From: Planctomycetota bacterium
Lineage (GTDB): Bacteria; Planctomycetota; UBA1135; GCA-002748355
Assembly: GCA_020426005.1 (NCBI GenBank)
Contig: JAGQQW010000001.1
Span: 32,909-96,908, forward strand
DNA length: 64,000 nucleotides
Reading direction: 5' to 3'
Position 1 is the stretch's first letter. Each line of letters opens with the position of its first letter. A program made the translations under genes and the position numbers. Shown here piece after piece: positions 19,435 to 28,192 of this stretch. Below the pieces are notes generated by a model that was given only the letters and a program-made list of their open reading frames with translations, did no database searches and was not told the DNA's origin.

Positions 19435-20496
19435 ATGCGCTCACTCGTGTTCCGCGGTACGCAGGAGCAAGCGTTCGAACTCACCGAACACGATGCACCG
19501 GAGCCCTCCGCAGGCGAAGTCCTCGTGGACATCGAGTGCACTACGATCTGCGGCAGCGACCTACACACGATCACCGGTCGACGCGTAGCGAAGCTACCGA
19601 TCGTTCTCGGTCACGAAATCGTCGGTACCGTGAGCGCACTCGGTCCGGATGCACCGCGGACGATCGATGGTCGCGAACTCTCCGCGCAGGACCACATCGT
19701 ATGGTCCCTGGTCGTCGCGTGTGGAGCGTGCGATCCGTGTCGGCGCCGCCACGAAGAGCGCTGTGCAAAGCGTTTCAAGTATGGCCACGAAAGCACGAAC
19801 GACGCACCGTGCAGCGGTGGACTCTCGGATCGCTGCTTGTTGAGGCACGGCACCGCGATCGCGCACGTGCCCGAAGGACTCGACGACCGCGTCGCCGCGA
19901 GCACAGCGTGCGCGGGGGCAACCGCCGCTGCCGTCCTGCGACGGCTCGGCAACATCGAGAGGGACAGTGTCGTCGTCTTCGGCTGTGGATTGCTCGGCTT
20001 GTGTGCAATCGATTCCGCCAAGCGCGCGGGCGCGTCCCGTGTCATCGCGGTCGATGTCGACGGCGACCGCCTCGCGCGCGCAACGAAGTTCGGAGCCGAC
20101 GCGATGATCTTCGGCAACGATCCGGACGACACTCGTACTGGCCTGAGCGCACTTCTCCCCGCCGGTGCAGACGTCGCGATCGAAGCGTCGGGTTCGAGCA
20201 CCGCCGCCACCATCGCACTCGCCTGTCTTGCACTCGGAGGCCGCGCGGCCTTCGTCGGTTCGGTCTTCCCCTCCGATCCGATTTCGATCGTTCCCGAAGA
20301 CCTCGTGCGTCGACGGCTCACGGTCTTCGGACAGCACAACTACGAGCCGCGCGACCTTCTCTCCGCGCTCGCGATGATGCGGCAGAGCTCGGCTCCATAC
20401 GCCGAGTGCTTCACAGATCCGATACCGCTCGCGGATGTCGGTCCGGTCTTGGCATCGGGAACTCCGTCTGCGCTGCGTATCGCCGTGCGTCCGTGA
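19435..20496 (+). CDS. Zinc-dependent alcohol dehydrogenase family (MDR) protein
   Basis: About 353 aa from MRSLVFRG with a GroES-like domain carrying catalytic Zn ligands (CGSDLH, GHEIVG), structural Zn cysteines (CGACDPCRRRHEERC) and the Rossmann motif VVFGCGLLG. The start is 4 nt after the HD gene stop. Confidence 0.85.
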   Translation: MRSLVFRGTQEQAFELTEHDAPEPSAGEVLVDIECTTICGSDLHTITGRRVAKLPIVLGHEIVGTVSALGPDAPRTIDGRELSAQDHIVWSLVVACGACDPCRRRHEERCAKRFKYGHESTNDAPCSGGLSDRCLLRHGTAIAHVPEGLDDRVAASTACAGATAAAVLRRLGNIERDSVVVFGCGLLGLCAIDSAKRAGASRVIAVDVDGDRLARATKFGADAMIFGNDPDDTRTGLSALLPAGADVAIEASGSSTAATIALACLALGGRAAFVGSVFPSDPISIVPEDLVRRRLTVFGQHNYEPRDLLSALAMMRQSSAPYAECFTDPIPLADVGPVLASGTPSALRIAVRP

Positions 20497-20514
20497 CTCG
20501 ACGGCGGGGCGAAC

Positions 20515-21858
20515 TCAGCGGAGCTTGCCGCGTAGCTCGTCCAACGTCGTGCCGAACTCGTCTAGGACCTTCTGCGGAAACTCGGCACCGAGTCCGGTGA
20601 ACCGATTCCGCGCTTCGAAGATGCGGTCGTTCTCGACCAGTGCGCACGTCAACCGCGAGGACCACAGTCGATAGTCGTCCTCTGTGAGATTCTCGTTCGT
20701 GACCCGAACGAGGATATGGAACACGTCTTTCCGATTCTGCGCGAGGACTTCTGAGAGCGGGCGCTTCGTCACCCGAGCGATCCGCTCCAAACACTGCCAA
20801 GCGCGCAGGGGCACTCGCGTGTCGGAGAGCTTCGACTCAGCGCACTCGATCGCGAACGAGAGGAGGCAACGTTCGGCCTCGGGTCGCTCCTCCAGGTAGC
20901 GAATGTAAAACTCATAGGCCATCGGGGAGTCCACAATGACCGCACGGCACCGATCGAACCAAGTCCGCGCTTCGCGTTCGTCCATGTCCAACACGTTGGC
21001 CATGGACAACATGGCCAACGGTACGACGTAGGCCGTAGGGTCCTTGGCATACAAATCCGACCATAGCTTGGCTGCAAATCTGTCGCCCGCAACGTCTCGT
21101 TTCTTGCCCGCCGTCAGCATGACCTGGCCCGCTCGCAGCGCTCGCACACACCAGTTCGACACACGCTCGTCGTTGAGCTTGGCAACGACCGCATCCAGCA
21201 ATGCACACATCTCGGCTTGCTGCTTCGCATTGGAGCGGACGGGGATCCGCGCAGGTTGTTGGAACGAGAAGTGCGCCACGTATTCTCGTAACAACCCTGG
21301 GCGTTTCAAGGCATTGGTCCACGCTTCGACGTACGCGTCGAGATCTGTCTCCAGGCTCAACTCGAACCGTATCCAGAACTCCGCAGCCCGAAGGCTCATC
21401 GTGACGACCGGGTCACGAGCTGCCGTGGTGGTCGCAACCCGTGTCGCGTAGTCGACAGCATCCCGCATCGTCTCGCGGTCGCCGAGATTCCAAGCAGCCT
21501 TCGCGTAGATCGCTGCCACGACAGAGTCGACACAACCGCTCTCCACCACGCGTTGGCACTTCCGGAGGACGTCTTCGTACTCGGTGGATCCCAGCCACAA
21601 GCCCCAACTCGAGATGAGCTCGATCACGTCTACGTTCCACTTCGAATCGCGATCGCCATTGCGGACAAAGTCGCGCGTGAAGGCATCTCGGAGCAGGGCG
21701 CTTTGCAGTTGACGATAGTCTCTCATCCGCACACCGAAGAGCGGCGGCTCGAGCGGAACCGATTGCGATTCGCCTTCCTGCGCAGTGAGCGATCCAAAGC
21801 CCACGAAGAAGGACGAAAGGAGCAGAACCAGTCTTGGGAGTCGATCGGCTTCGAGCAT
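20515..21858 (-). CDS. Secreted alpha-helical hypothetical protein
   Basis: A signal peptide (MLEADRLPRLVLLLSSFFVGFGSLTAQE) begins at an internal ATG, and the upstream 63 aa of the track ORF are Arg-rich. About 447 aa with helical composition and no recognisable motif. Confidence 0.55.
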   Translation of the reverse strand: MLEADRLPRLVLLLSSFFVGFGSLTAQEGESQSVPLEPPLFGVRMRDYRQLQSALLRDAFTRDFVRNGDRDSKWNVDVIELISSWGLWLGSTEYEDVLRKCQRVVESGCVDSVVAAIYAKAAWNLGDRETMRDAVDYATRVATTTAARDPVVTMSLRAAEFWIRFELSLETDLDAYVEAWTNALKRPGLLREYVAHFSFQQPARIPVRSNAKQQAEMCALLDAVVAKLNDERVSNWCVRALRAGQVMLTAGKKRDVAGDRFAAKLWSDLYAKDPTAYVVPLAMLSMANVLDMDEREARTWFDRCRAVIVDSPMAYEFYIRYLEERPEAERCLLSFAIECAESKLSDTRVPLRAWQCLERIARVTKRPLSEVLAQNRKDVFHILVRVTNENLTEDDYRLWSSRLTCALVENDRIFEARNRFTGLGAEFPQKVLDEFGTTLDELRGKLR

Positions 21859-22085
21859 GAGAAGTGGGTGCACTTGGCTGCACGACTGTAGACCGTGACA
21901 GGACATCTCGCGAGCCGCGCTGCTGGTGTGCGTTCGAGAGAATGCTGCGGGCTGCCACCGAGGAGGCCGCTCATGACATCGGCGCGTCAACTCGTCCCTT
22001 GCTCCGGGCGTGAGTTCTCCTGCGCCAAGAACGACACTACGTGGCACTCCGTTCGCTCGAATCGACGGACATACCGGAGTCCACC

Positions 22086-23765
22086 ATGAAGAAGCACGTA
22101 CTCGTCGTCATTCACGGCGTGGGTGATGCATCACCTGGGTCGAGCATCATGGACGTCAGCCGGGGACTTGCCGCGAAAGGTGTGTCCGGCTGTCGAGCGG
22201 ATCTGGTTCTCGATGGAGTGCAGTACCCGCGGATCCTTCTCGAGGGTAGCCCGATCGCGGAACTCGTCGAAGTCAACTGGTCGGACATCGCGCGACCGAA
22301 GCGCAACGCATTCGGCCTCGTTCACTACTTCGCCAAGATCATCGTGGCGATGCTCGACGTCGCGATTCGAAACCCCGAGCCGCCACCGAGCGATACACAG
22401 GACGAGCCGCCACCGCCTCCACAGAGCCAGCGATGGCTTGCAAGAGCGTACCGCGCAAGCTTCGAGGCACTGTTCTTCTACTGCATCGTTCCACCGCTCG
22501 TGACGATGCTCTGGATGAGCCTGCAACCGATGCAGACATGGACCGTGGTCGCGATCGGGCTCCTCGGGGCACTCGTCCTCGCGGCGATGACGCTCTATCT
22601 GTCGAAGAGTTTCCGAGGCAAGTTCTGGTTCGGATGGCTCTGGGCACTCGCGCTGATCCTCGGGACCGTCCTGGTCGTGACGGACAGACTCTCGCTGGAA
22701 GCGAGCGTCCGGTTCTCGACGATCGCCTATCTCGGGAGCCAAGTGCTGACGGGCACACTGCTCTTGGCCGCGCTGCTGGAAATCCATATGCAAGCGTGGT
22801 CGGCGCAGCAACGCATCGCCCGCATGGGCCTACTCTACTTGCCGTTCTTCGCGATGTCGGCGATCGGAGCACTTGCGTGGGCGATCGCACTCTGGGCAGT
22901 CAAAGCGGCCAACTCGACGGCAGGAGCCTTCGACCAGTGGCAAGACCTCTACGCATCGACGCTCGACTCTTACGGCTACGACCTCGCGTGGATCGAACTC
23001 ACGTTCGCACTCTTGGTCGGCTGCATTGCCATCGGCGTACTCATCGTCGCCCTGCGGTATTCCCTTCTCGCAAAGCGGTCTCGCTCCGGGGCGGGCCAGT
23101 GGGCACGCGACGCGGTCCAGTACGTGCTCGCTGCTGGGGCAGCGCTCTTCGCAGCGCTATCGATCGTGTACGCAGTCTCCGCGATCTCATCCTGGCGAAG
23201 CGGCTGGAACTCGTCGGCCCTCGTCATCTACAGCTGGTCGGCCCTCCGCTTCGTGCCCTATCTGCCGGTACTTCTGGGCCCGGTCGCCATCGCGTTCGAC
23301 GTGATCGTGGACGTGTTGTTCTATGTCGATCCGCGAGATGAGATCTCCACCGCCTCGCGACTACAGCGACGCGTGCAGCCCGCGATCGAGTACGCAAAGA
23401 CGAGAGGGGATGCTCCGGTACTCGTCGCAGGACACAGCCAGGGCTCCGTGATCGCGCTGGACGTTCTGGGACAAGACGTCAAGGACGACGGGAACGATGG
23501 CACGTTCTTGATCACGGCGGGCTCGCCGATCCACTCGCTGTACGAGTCGTTTCTCGGCAGCAGCCCCGGTGGCCGTGCAAAGAATCGCAGAGCACAGTTT
23601 CGAACGCCCACCCGGTGGATCAACCTCGTTCGCAATGGCGACTACGTCGGCGGCGAACAGAACAAGTCGAACGTCATCGAAGAGAATCTCGGCGTCGGCG
23701 GCCACACCGGATACTGGAAGAATCCGAATCTCTGGGATCGCGTCCTGGCAGCAATGCCGAGCTGA
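22086..23765 (+). CDS. Membrane-embedded alpha/beta-hydrolase-like protein with HGxGD and GHSQG motifs split by a multi-TM insertion
   Basis: The start is refined to MKKHVLVVIHGVGD (an oxyanion-hole-like HG motif). This is followed by roughly 8 hydrophobic helices, then the nucleophile-elbow motif VLVAGHSQGSVIAL and a C-terminal GGHTGYW (a possible catalytic His). Confidence 0.6.
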   Translation: MKKHVLVVIHGVGDASPGSSIMDVSRGLAAKGVSGCRADLVLDGVQYPRILLEGSPIAELVEVNWSDIARPKRNAFGLVHYFAKIIVAMLDVAIRNPEPPPSDTQDEPPPPPQSQRWLARAYRASFEALFFYCIVPPLVTMLWMSLQPMQTWTVVAIGLLGALVLAAMTLYLSKSFRGKFWFGWLWALALILGTVLVVTDRLSLEASVRFSTIAYLGSQVLTGTLLLAALLEIHMQAWSAQQRIARMGLLYLPFFAMSAIGALAWAIALWAVKAANSTAGAFDQWQDLYASTLDSYGYDLAWIELTFALLVGCIAIGVLIVALRYSLLAKRSRSGAGQWARDAVQYVLAAGAALFAALSIVYAVSAISSWRSGWNSSALVIYSWSALRFVPYLPVLLGPVAIAFDVIVDVLFYVDPRDEISTASRLQRRVQPAIEYAKTRGDAPVLVAGHSQGSVIALDVLGQDVKDDGNDGTFLITAGSPIHSLYESFLGSSPGGRAKNRRAQFRTPTRWINLVRNGDYVGGEQNKSNVIEENLGVGGHTGYWKNPNLWDRVLAAMPS

Positions 23766-23843
23766 CTCGTCCAGAACGCGATCCGCGGCCGGACCCGATC
23801 CACCGCAACGAGTCGCGGGATCTCGGTCCGGCCCGTCGGACCT

Positions 23844-26186
23844 TCAGCGCACGCCGCGGATCTCGACGTCGTCGACGTAGTAGTAGTCGCTACGCGCGCT
23901 CATGTTGCCCTGGAAGCGCACCACCGTCGTCGCGCTCGTGCTGTTCAGCGGGAACTCGTAGCGGTGGTAGTTGTTGTCGTCCTCACCGTTGACGAAGGTG
24001 CGCAGCGTCGTGAACGTCGCGCCGCCGTCGGTGCTGACTGCGACCGTCGCGGTGTCGTTGTTCTCGAACGAACGGAGCTTGGCCCAGAAGATCAGCTTGG
24101 CATTCGTGACGCCGGTCATGTCCAGCTGGCGCTGTGCATAACTCGACGAACGCATCTGGATGTGCCAACGACCGCTGTGCGCGCTGCTGCGCGTCGTCAG
24201 CGAGACGTCACCTGCACCACGCCAGATGTCCGACCAACCAGTGCCGCCGCTGCCGCTGCCGGACTCGATGTCGTCGAACGCGATCTGGATTTCGGTGCCT
24301 CCACCCGAGTTGACGACGACCTGCATCGTGTCACTCGACGAAAGCGCACCGTCGTTGCCGGTGAGGCGCAGGACGTACGTTCCCGCTGCACTGAACGACG
24401 CGGTCGTATCGATCGCACTCGCGTTGCCGAAGGTCACCGTGCCGGGGCCGCTATCGACACTCCACGTCGTCGTCACGAACCCCGGAGGATTCGGGAGACC
24501 GTCGTCGGTGACGGTTCCGTCGAGGCTCGCGGTCGCGGGCAACGTGATCGTGCGGTTCGGACCCGCATCGACGACCGGCGCCTGGTTCTGTTGCGACGAG
24601 ACGACGATGTAGTTGATGCGCGTGCGCGTGTTGCTGCCGTTCGTGTTCGACGCGGTCAACGCGACCGTGTAGGTGCCGGCGACCGAATACGTGTGCGACG
24701 GGTTCTGCGCACTCGACGTGCCACCATCGCCGAACGTCCAACTCCACGACGTTGGGCTTCCGGTCGATTGATCGGTGAACTGAACGCTGAGCGGCACGGT
24801 GCCGCTCGTCGGCGTGCCGACGAACTCCGCGGTCGGTGGATTGTTGTTGTTGCCGAGCGCTTGCGTCACCGCCTGGAAGAGGTTGATGCGACCGTGACCG
24901 AACGTGTTGTCCACACCACTCGTGCCAAGGTCGTCGCAGCTGCCCTTGAGGATCGCTTCGACCTGGTTCGGCGTCAGCGACGGATTGGCGGACCACACCA
25001 TCGCGCAGAGGCCGGCAGTCAGCGGCGTCGAGAAGCTCGTTCCCGACGTGTAGACGTAGGACGTATCGCTTGCCGAACTCGACGTCGCGACACTCGTGCC
25101 CGGCGCAACGACGTCGACGAACGTGCCGTAGGCCGAGAAGCTCGAAAGCGCATCGGCCGAGTCGGTCGCGCCGACGACGATGAGGTCGTCGTTGTCGCGA
25201 TTGCCGAACGTCAGGTTGCGCGAGTCGTTTCCGGCTGCCCAGATCAACAGACCACCGATCGACTTGATGTACGTTGCGGTCGTCAGGTTGGAACTGCTAT
25301 CGGCGCCGCTGTAGCTCACGCTCGCGACCTTGCTGCCGTTCTCGACCGCGGTGCGCGCCGCGTGCTGCAACGTGCTCATCGATGCGCTACCGGTCGACAC
25401 GTTCGACACGCGCAGCATGCGGTGCGAGAGGTTCCATCCGACGCCGGCGACACCCTTGCCGTTGTTGCCGTTGGCCGCGGCACAGCCAGTCGTCTGGGTG
25501 CCATGCGAGTGCACGGGACCGATCTGACCACCGTTGGATTCCCAGACGCGATCGACGGCGTTGTAGCCCTCGAGCCGGTGGAGTTGCAGGTCCTCGTGCG
25601 TCGTGAGCACGCCGGTGTCACAGATGCCCACGCTGACACTCGAGTTGCCGGTATGGAGATTCCACGCGGCTTCGGACTGCATGTTCTGGTGTTGCCACTG
25701 CGCCGAGAAGAACGTGTCGTTGGGCGTCACGACCGGATACAGCGTCCAGTCGGGCTCCGCGTACTCGAAACCGCCCGTAGCCATCAGCTTCGTCGCGACT
25801 TCGCGCTCGTCACTGTTCGGTGGAACCCGGATCAGGTACTCGTCCGTTTGCGCGACGTACTCGACGAGCGGGTAGACCGCGAGCGCTTCGAGCGCTTCTT
25901 TGCGTTGCGCACGCGCGGATGCCGCTTCGTCGGGCGCGATCGCGGCGGCGTTGACTTGGCGCGGACGCACGATCATGCGTCCGGAGAACTCCTTCTCACC
26001 CTTCACTTCAGCGAAGGCGAAGCGCGGATCGATCGGAGCCGGAAGACGAACGTCCTCGCCATTGCCCTCCTGATCGGAGCGCGCATCGAGCGTTTGCGAC
26101 GACGGGTCCTGACCCGTCTGCGCACAACCCGAAAAGGCCGCGATCAGAAGTAACGAGGAAACTGCGAGAGTGAGGCGTTTTTCCAT
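23844..26186 (-). CDS. Secreted subtilisin-like serine protease (peptidase S8) with C-terminal PKD-like domains, probable lipoprotein
   Basis: Signal peptide with lipobox (MEKRLTLAVSSLLLIAAFSGC). S8 catalytic triad blocks are present: DTG (GICDTGV), HGT (HSHGTQTTG) and GTSFSTP. It carries at least one PKD-like repeat (NPSHTYSVAGTYTVALTASN) and a beta-rich C-terminal domain. Confidence 0.9.
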   Translation of the reverse strand: MEKRLTLAVSSLLLIAAFSGCAQTGQDPSSQTLDARSDQEGNGEDVRLPAPIDPRFAFAEVKGEKEFSGRMIVRPRQVNAAAIAPDEAASARAQRKEALEALAVYPLVEYVAQTDEYLIRVPPNSDEREVATKLMATGGFEYAEPDWTLYPVVTPNDTFFSAQWQHQNMQSEAAWNLHTGNSSVSVGICDTGVLTTHEDLQLHRLEGYNAVDRVWESNGGQIGPVHSHGTQTTGCAAANGNNGKGVAGVGWNLSHRMLRVSNVSTGSASMSTLQHAARTAVENGSKVASVSYSGADSSSNLTTATYIKSIGGLLIWAAGNDSRNLTFGNRDNDDLIVVGATDSADALSSFSAYGTFVDVVAPGTSVATSSSASDTSYVYTSGTSFSTPLTAGLCAMVWSANPSLTPNQVEAILKGSCDDLGTSGVDNTFGHGRINLFQAVTQALGNNNNPPTAEFVGTPTSGTVPLSVQFTDQSTGSPTSWSWTFGDGGTSSAQNPSHTYSVAGTYTVALTASNTNGSNTRTRINYIVVSSQQNQAPVVDAGPNRTITLPATASLDGTVTDDGLPNPPGFVTTTWSVDSGPGTVTFGNASAIDTTASFSAAGTYVLRLTGNDGALSSSDTMQVVVNSGGGTEIQIAFDDIESGSGSGGTGWSDIWRGAGDVSLTTRSSAHSGRWHIQMRSSSYAQRQLDMTGVTNAKLIFWAKLRSFENNDTATVAVSTDGGATFTTLRTFVNGEDDNNYHRYEFPLNSTSATTVVRFQGNMSARSDYYYVDDVEIRGVR

Positions 26187-26291
26187 GCGGCGCAACGTAG
26201 CGGCCCGATGCAGCGCTGGGAAGCACCCCCGCGAGACGTATGGATCGCCATGCGCTCGAACGCATTCAGACGGAAGACCATGGCGCCGCAA

Positions 26292-26345
26292 GTCGCCCGA
26301 GTCGCCCGAGTCGCCCGAGTCGCCCGAGCAGCCCGAGCAGCCCGA
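26292..26345. repeat. 9-bp tandem repeat x6 (GTCGCCCGA x4 then GCAGCCCGA x2)
   Basis: Read directly: gtcgcccga gtcgcccga gtcgcccga gtcgcccga gcagcccga gcagcccga. It lies between the ydeI-like stop (26346) and the S8 protease start (26186), that is 106-160 bp upstream of the protease start codon. Confidence 0.8.
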
Positions 26346-26939
26346 TCAGCAGTTCCGGTATTTGTCGTTGAGCCCCACGCCTTGCTCGATCATCGGCAGG
26401 ATCTTCTCGATGCGGGAGAGCTTGGTCGCTTCTCGCTTGGCACTCGCGACATGTTCGGCGTACTCGCGTTGCTTGCCGGGGGTCATCGTGGCGAAGGCCT
26501 TCTGCGCAGCCTTGCGTTTGGCGAGCGCCATCGCCAACTCAGTCGGGACCTCGACCGCCTTGCCGCGAGACGGCGCCAGCTCCTTGCCGGCGCGCTGGTT
26601 CTCGATCGCCCGCGCGACGTAGTCGCGGACTCGCAGCACAACGACGTCCTTGGGGCTGTGGAAGCGCCACTGACGCATCGCCTTCGTCTTGTCCTGCGCC
26701 ACGTGCAAGACGCCGTCCGGATCCTCGAGGAAGACCCCCTGGTGGAACCACAGGGACACGTGCTGCTTGAATGCCCCGAGCCCGACGACGTTCTTCGTGC
26801 CGAAGCCGTAACTCGGAGCTCCCCACTTGATCGACTCCTCGAGTTCGGTCGAGGCGAGGATCTTGCGCAGCTTCTCGAGCACGGGACGCCAATCTTCGTT
26901 CTGGGACAAATACTCGTCGACGGACTTCGCGCGCGGCAT
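26346..26939 (-). CDS. YdeI/OmpD-associated family protein (DUF1801/DUF1905-like)
   Basis: 197 aa from MPRAKSVDEYLSQNEDWRPVLEKLRKIL with C-terminal KQREYAEHVASAKREATKLSRIEKILPMIEQG, which matches the YdeI-like family. The preceding 355 aa of the track ORF are Arg/Asp-rich antisense noise and were discarded. Confidence 0.7.
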   Translation of the reverse strand: MPRAKSVDEYLSQNEDWRPVLEKLRKILASTELEESIKWGAPSYGFGTKNVVGLGAFKQHVSLWFHQGVFLEDPDGVLHVAQDKTKAMRQWRFHSPKDVVVLRVRDYVARAIENQRAGKELAPSRGKAVEVPTELAMALAKRKAAQKAFATMTPGKQREYAEHVASAKREATKLSRIEKILPMIEQGVGLNDKYRNC

Positions 26940-27089
26940 GTGGTGGTCTCCCGGTAGCGTGTCGGTGTGGTCAGGGCATCCCGCAAGAAACCGGCTCGTG
27001 CTCGGTCTTGCAAGGCCCCGGGGACGGTCTCGCGGTTTCCTCGCTTCGGCCTCGCAGCTACGATCACGCGTTTCGACCGGAGTTGGACG

Positions 27090-28136
27090 ATGCCGCGACC
27101 CGTCTGTCTGTTCACCGGCCAATGGGCCGATCTCCCGCTCGAAGTGCTCGCGAAGAAGGCGAAGGCCTTCGGCTACGACGGCCTCGAACTCGCGTGCTGG
27201 GGCGATCACTTCGAAGTCCATCGCGCGCTCGACGAAGACGGTTACTGCGAAGCACTCTGGAAGACGCTGACCTCGAATGGCCTGCACTCGTTCGCGATCA
27301 GTGCCCACCTCGTCGGCCAAGCGGTCTGCGACCCGATCGACGCGCGGCACCAGGCGATCCTGCCGCCCGAGGTCTGGGGTGATGGCGACCCCGAGGGCGT
27401 ACGCCAGCGCGCGGCCGAAGAGATGAAAGCGACTGCGCGCGCGGCGTCGCGCTTCTTCGAAGCAGCTCCGAACGACGTGAAGGCGCAGCTCGCGCGCAGC
27501 AACGGGCGCCGCGTCGTCAACGGGTTCACGGGCAGCTCGATCTGGCATCTCCTCTATTCGTTCCCCCCGGTGCAGAAGGGACAGATCGAAGCCGGCTTCG
27601 CGGACTTCGCGAATCGTTGGAAGTCGATCCTCGACGTCTTCGACGAAGTCGACGTCTCCTTCGCACTCGAAGTGCATCCGACGGAGATCGCGTTCGACAT
27701 CGTGACGACACGGCGCGCGATCGCGGCGATCGACGGGCATGCGCGCTTCGGCTTCAACTTCGACCCGTCGCACCTCGGCTATCAGAACGTCGACTATCTC
27801 GCGTTTCTGCGTGAGTTCGGCGACCGAATCTTCAACGTGCACGTCAAGGACGTTTGGTGGAGCGAGCGCCCGACGCCGATCGGCACGTTCGGTGGACACA
27901 CCGATTTCGGTGTCGACGGTCGTGCATGGGACTTCCGGAGTCCTGGCCGCGGCCGCGTCGACTTCGAGGCATTGATCCGCGTGCTTGGTTCGATCGACTA
28001 CCAAGGCCCCCTCACCGTCGAATGGGAAGACCCCAACATGGATCGTGAGTTCGGTGCGACGGAAGCCGCCGCATTCGTGCGTCGCCTGGACTTCCCGCGC
28101 AGCGAGATCGCCTTCGACGACGCGTTCTCCGATTGA
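27090..28136 (+). CDS. Sugar phosphate isomerase/epimerase (xylose-isomerase-like TIM barrel)
   Basis: About 348 aa from [12 protein letters not shown]. It contains GYDGLEL, the FALEVHPTE glutamate motif, FNFDPSHL and TVEWED, which are typical of AP-endonuclease-2/xylose-isomerase-like TIM barrels. Confidence 0.85.
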   Translation: MPRPVCLFTGQWADLPLEVLAKKAKAFGYDGLELACWGDHFEVHRALDEDGYCEALWKTLTSNGLHSFAISAHLVGQAVCDPIDARHQAILPPEVWGDGDPEGVRQRAAEEMKATARAASRFFEAAPNDVKAQLARSNGRRVVNGFTGSSIWHLLYSFPPVQKGQIEAGFADFANRWKSILDVFDEVDVSFALEVHPTEIAFDIVTTRRAIAAIDGHARFGFNFDPSHLGYQNVDYLAFLREFGDRIFNVHVKDVWWSERPTPIGTFGGHTDFGVDGRAWDFRSPGRGRVDFEALIRVLGSIDYQGPLTVEWEDPNMDREFGATEAAAFVRRLDFPRSEIAFDDAFSD

Positions 28137-28192
28137 GCGGCACGCAGACTCCTCGTCCTTCCCCCACCACCTCTCGGTAGCTCGACGAATTC

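Noticed and set aside
23964-26153. 729-aa plus-strand ORF antisense to the S8 protease
   Set aside because: It has no motifs and an Arg/Asp/Val-rich composition, while the opposite strand carries the complete subtilase catalytic triad blocks.
26208-26957. 249-aa ORF whose translation contains VARVARVARVARAARAARS
   Set aside because: The repeat is simply the in-frame reading of the 9-bp tandem repeat. The rest of the ORF is antisense to the ydeI-like gene, so I treat the repeat as non-coding.
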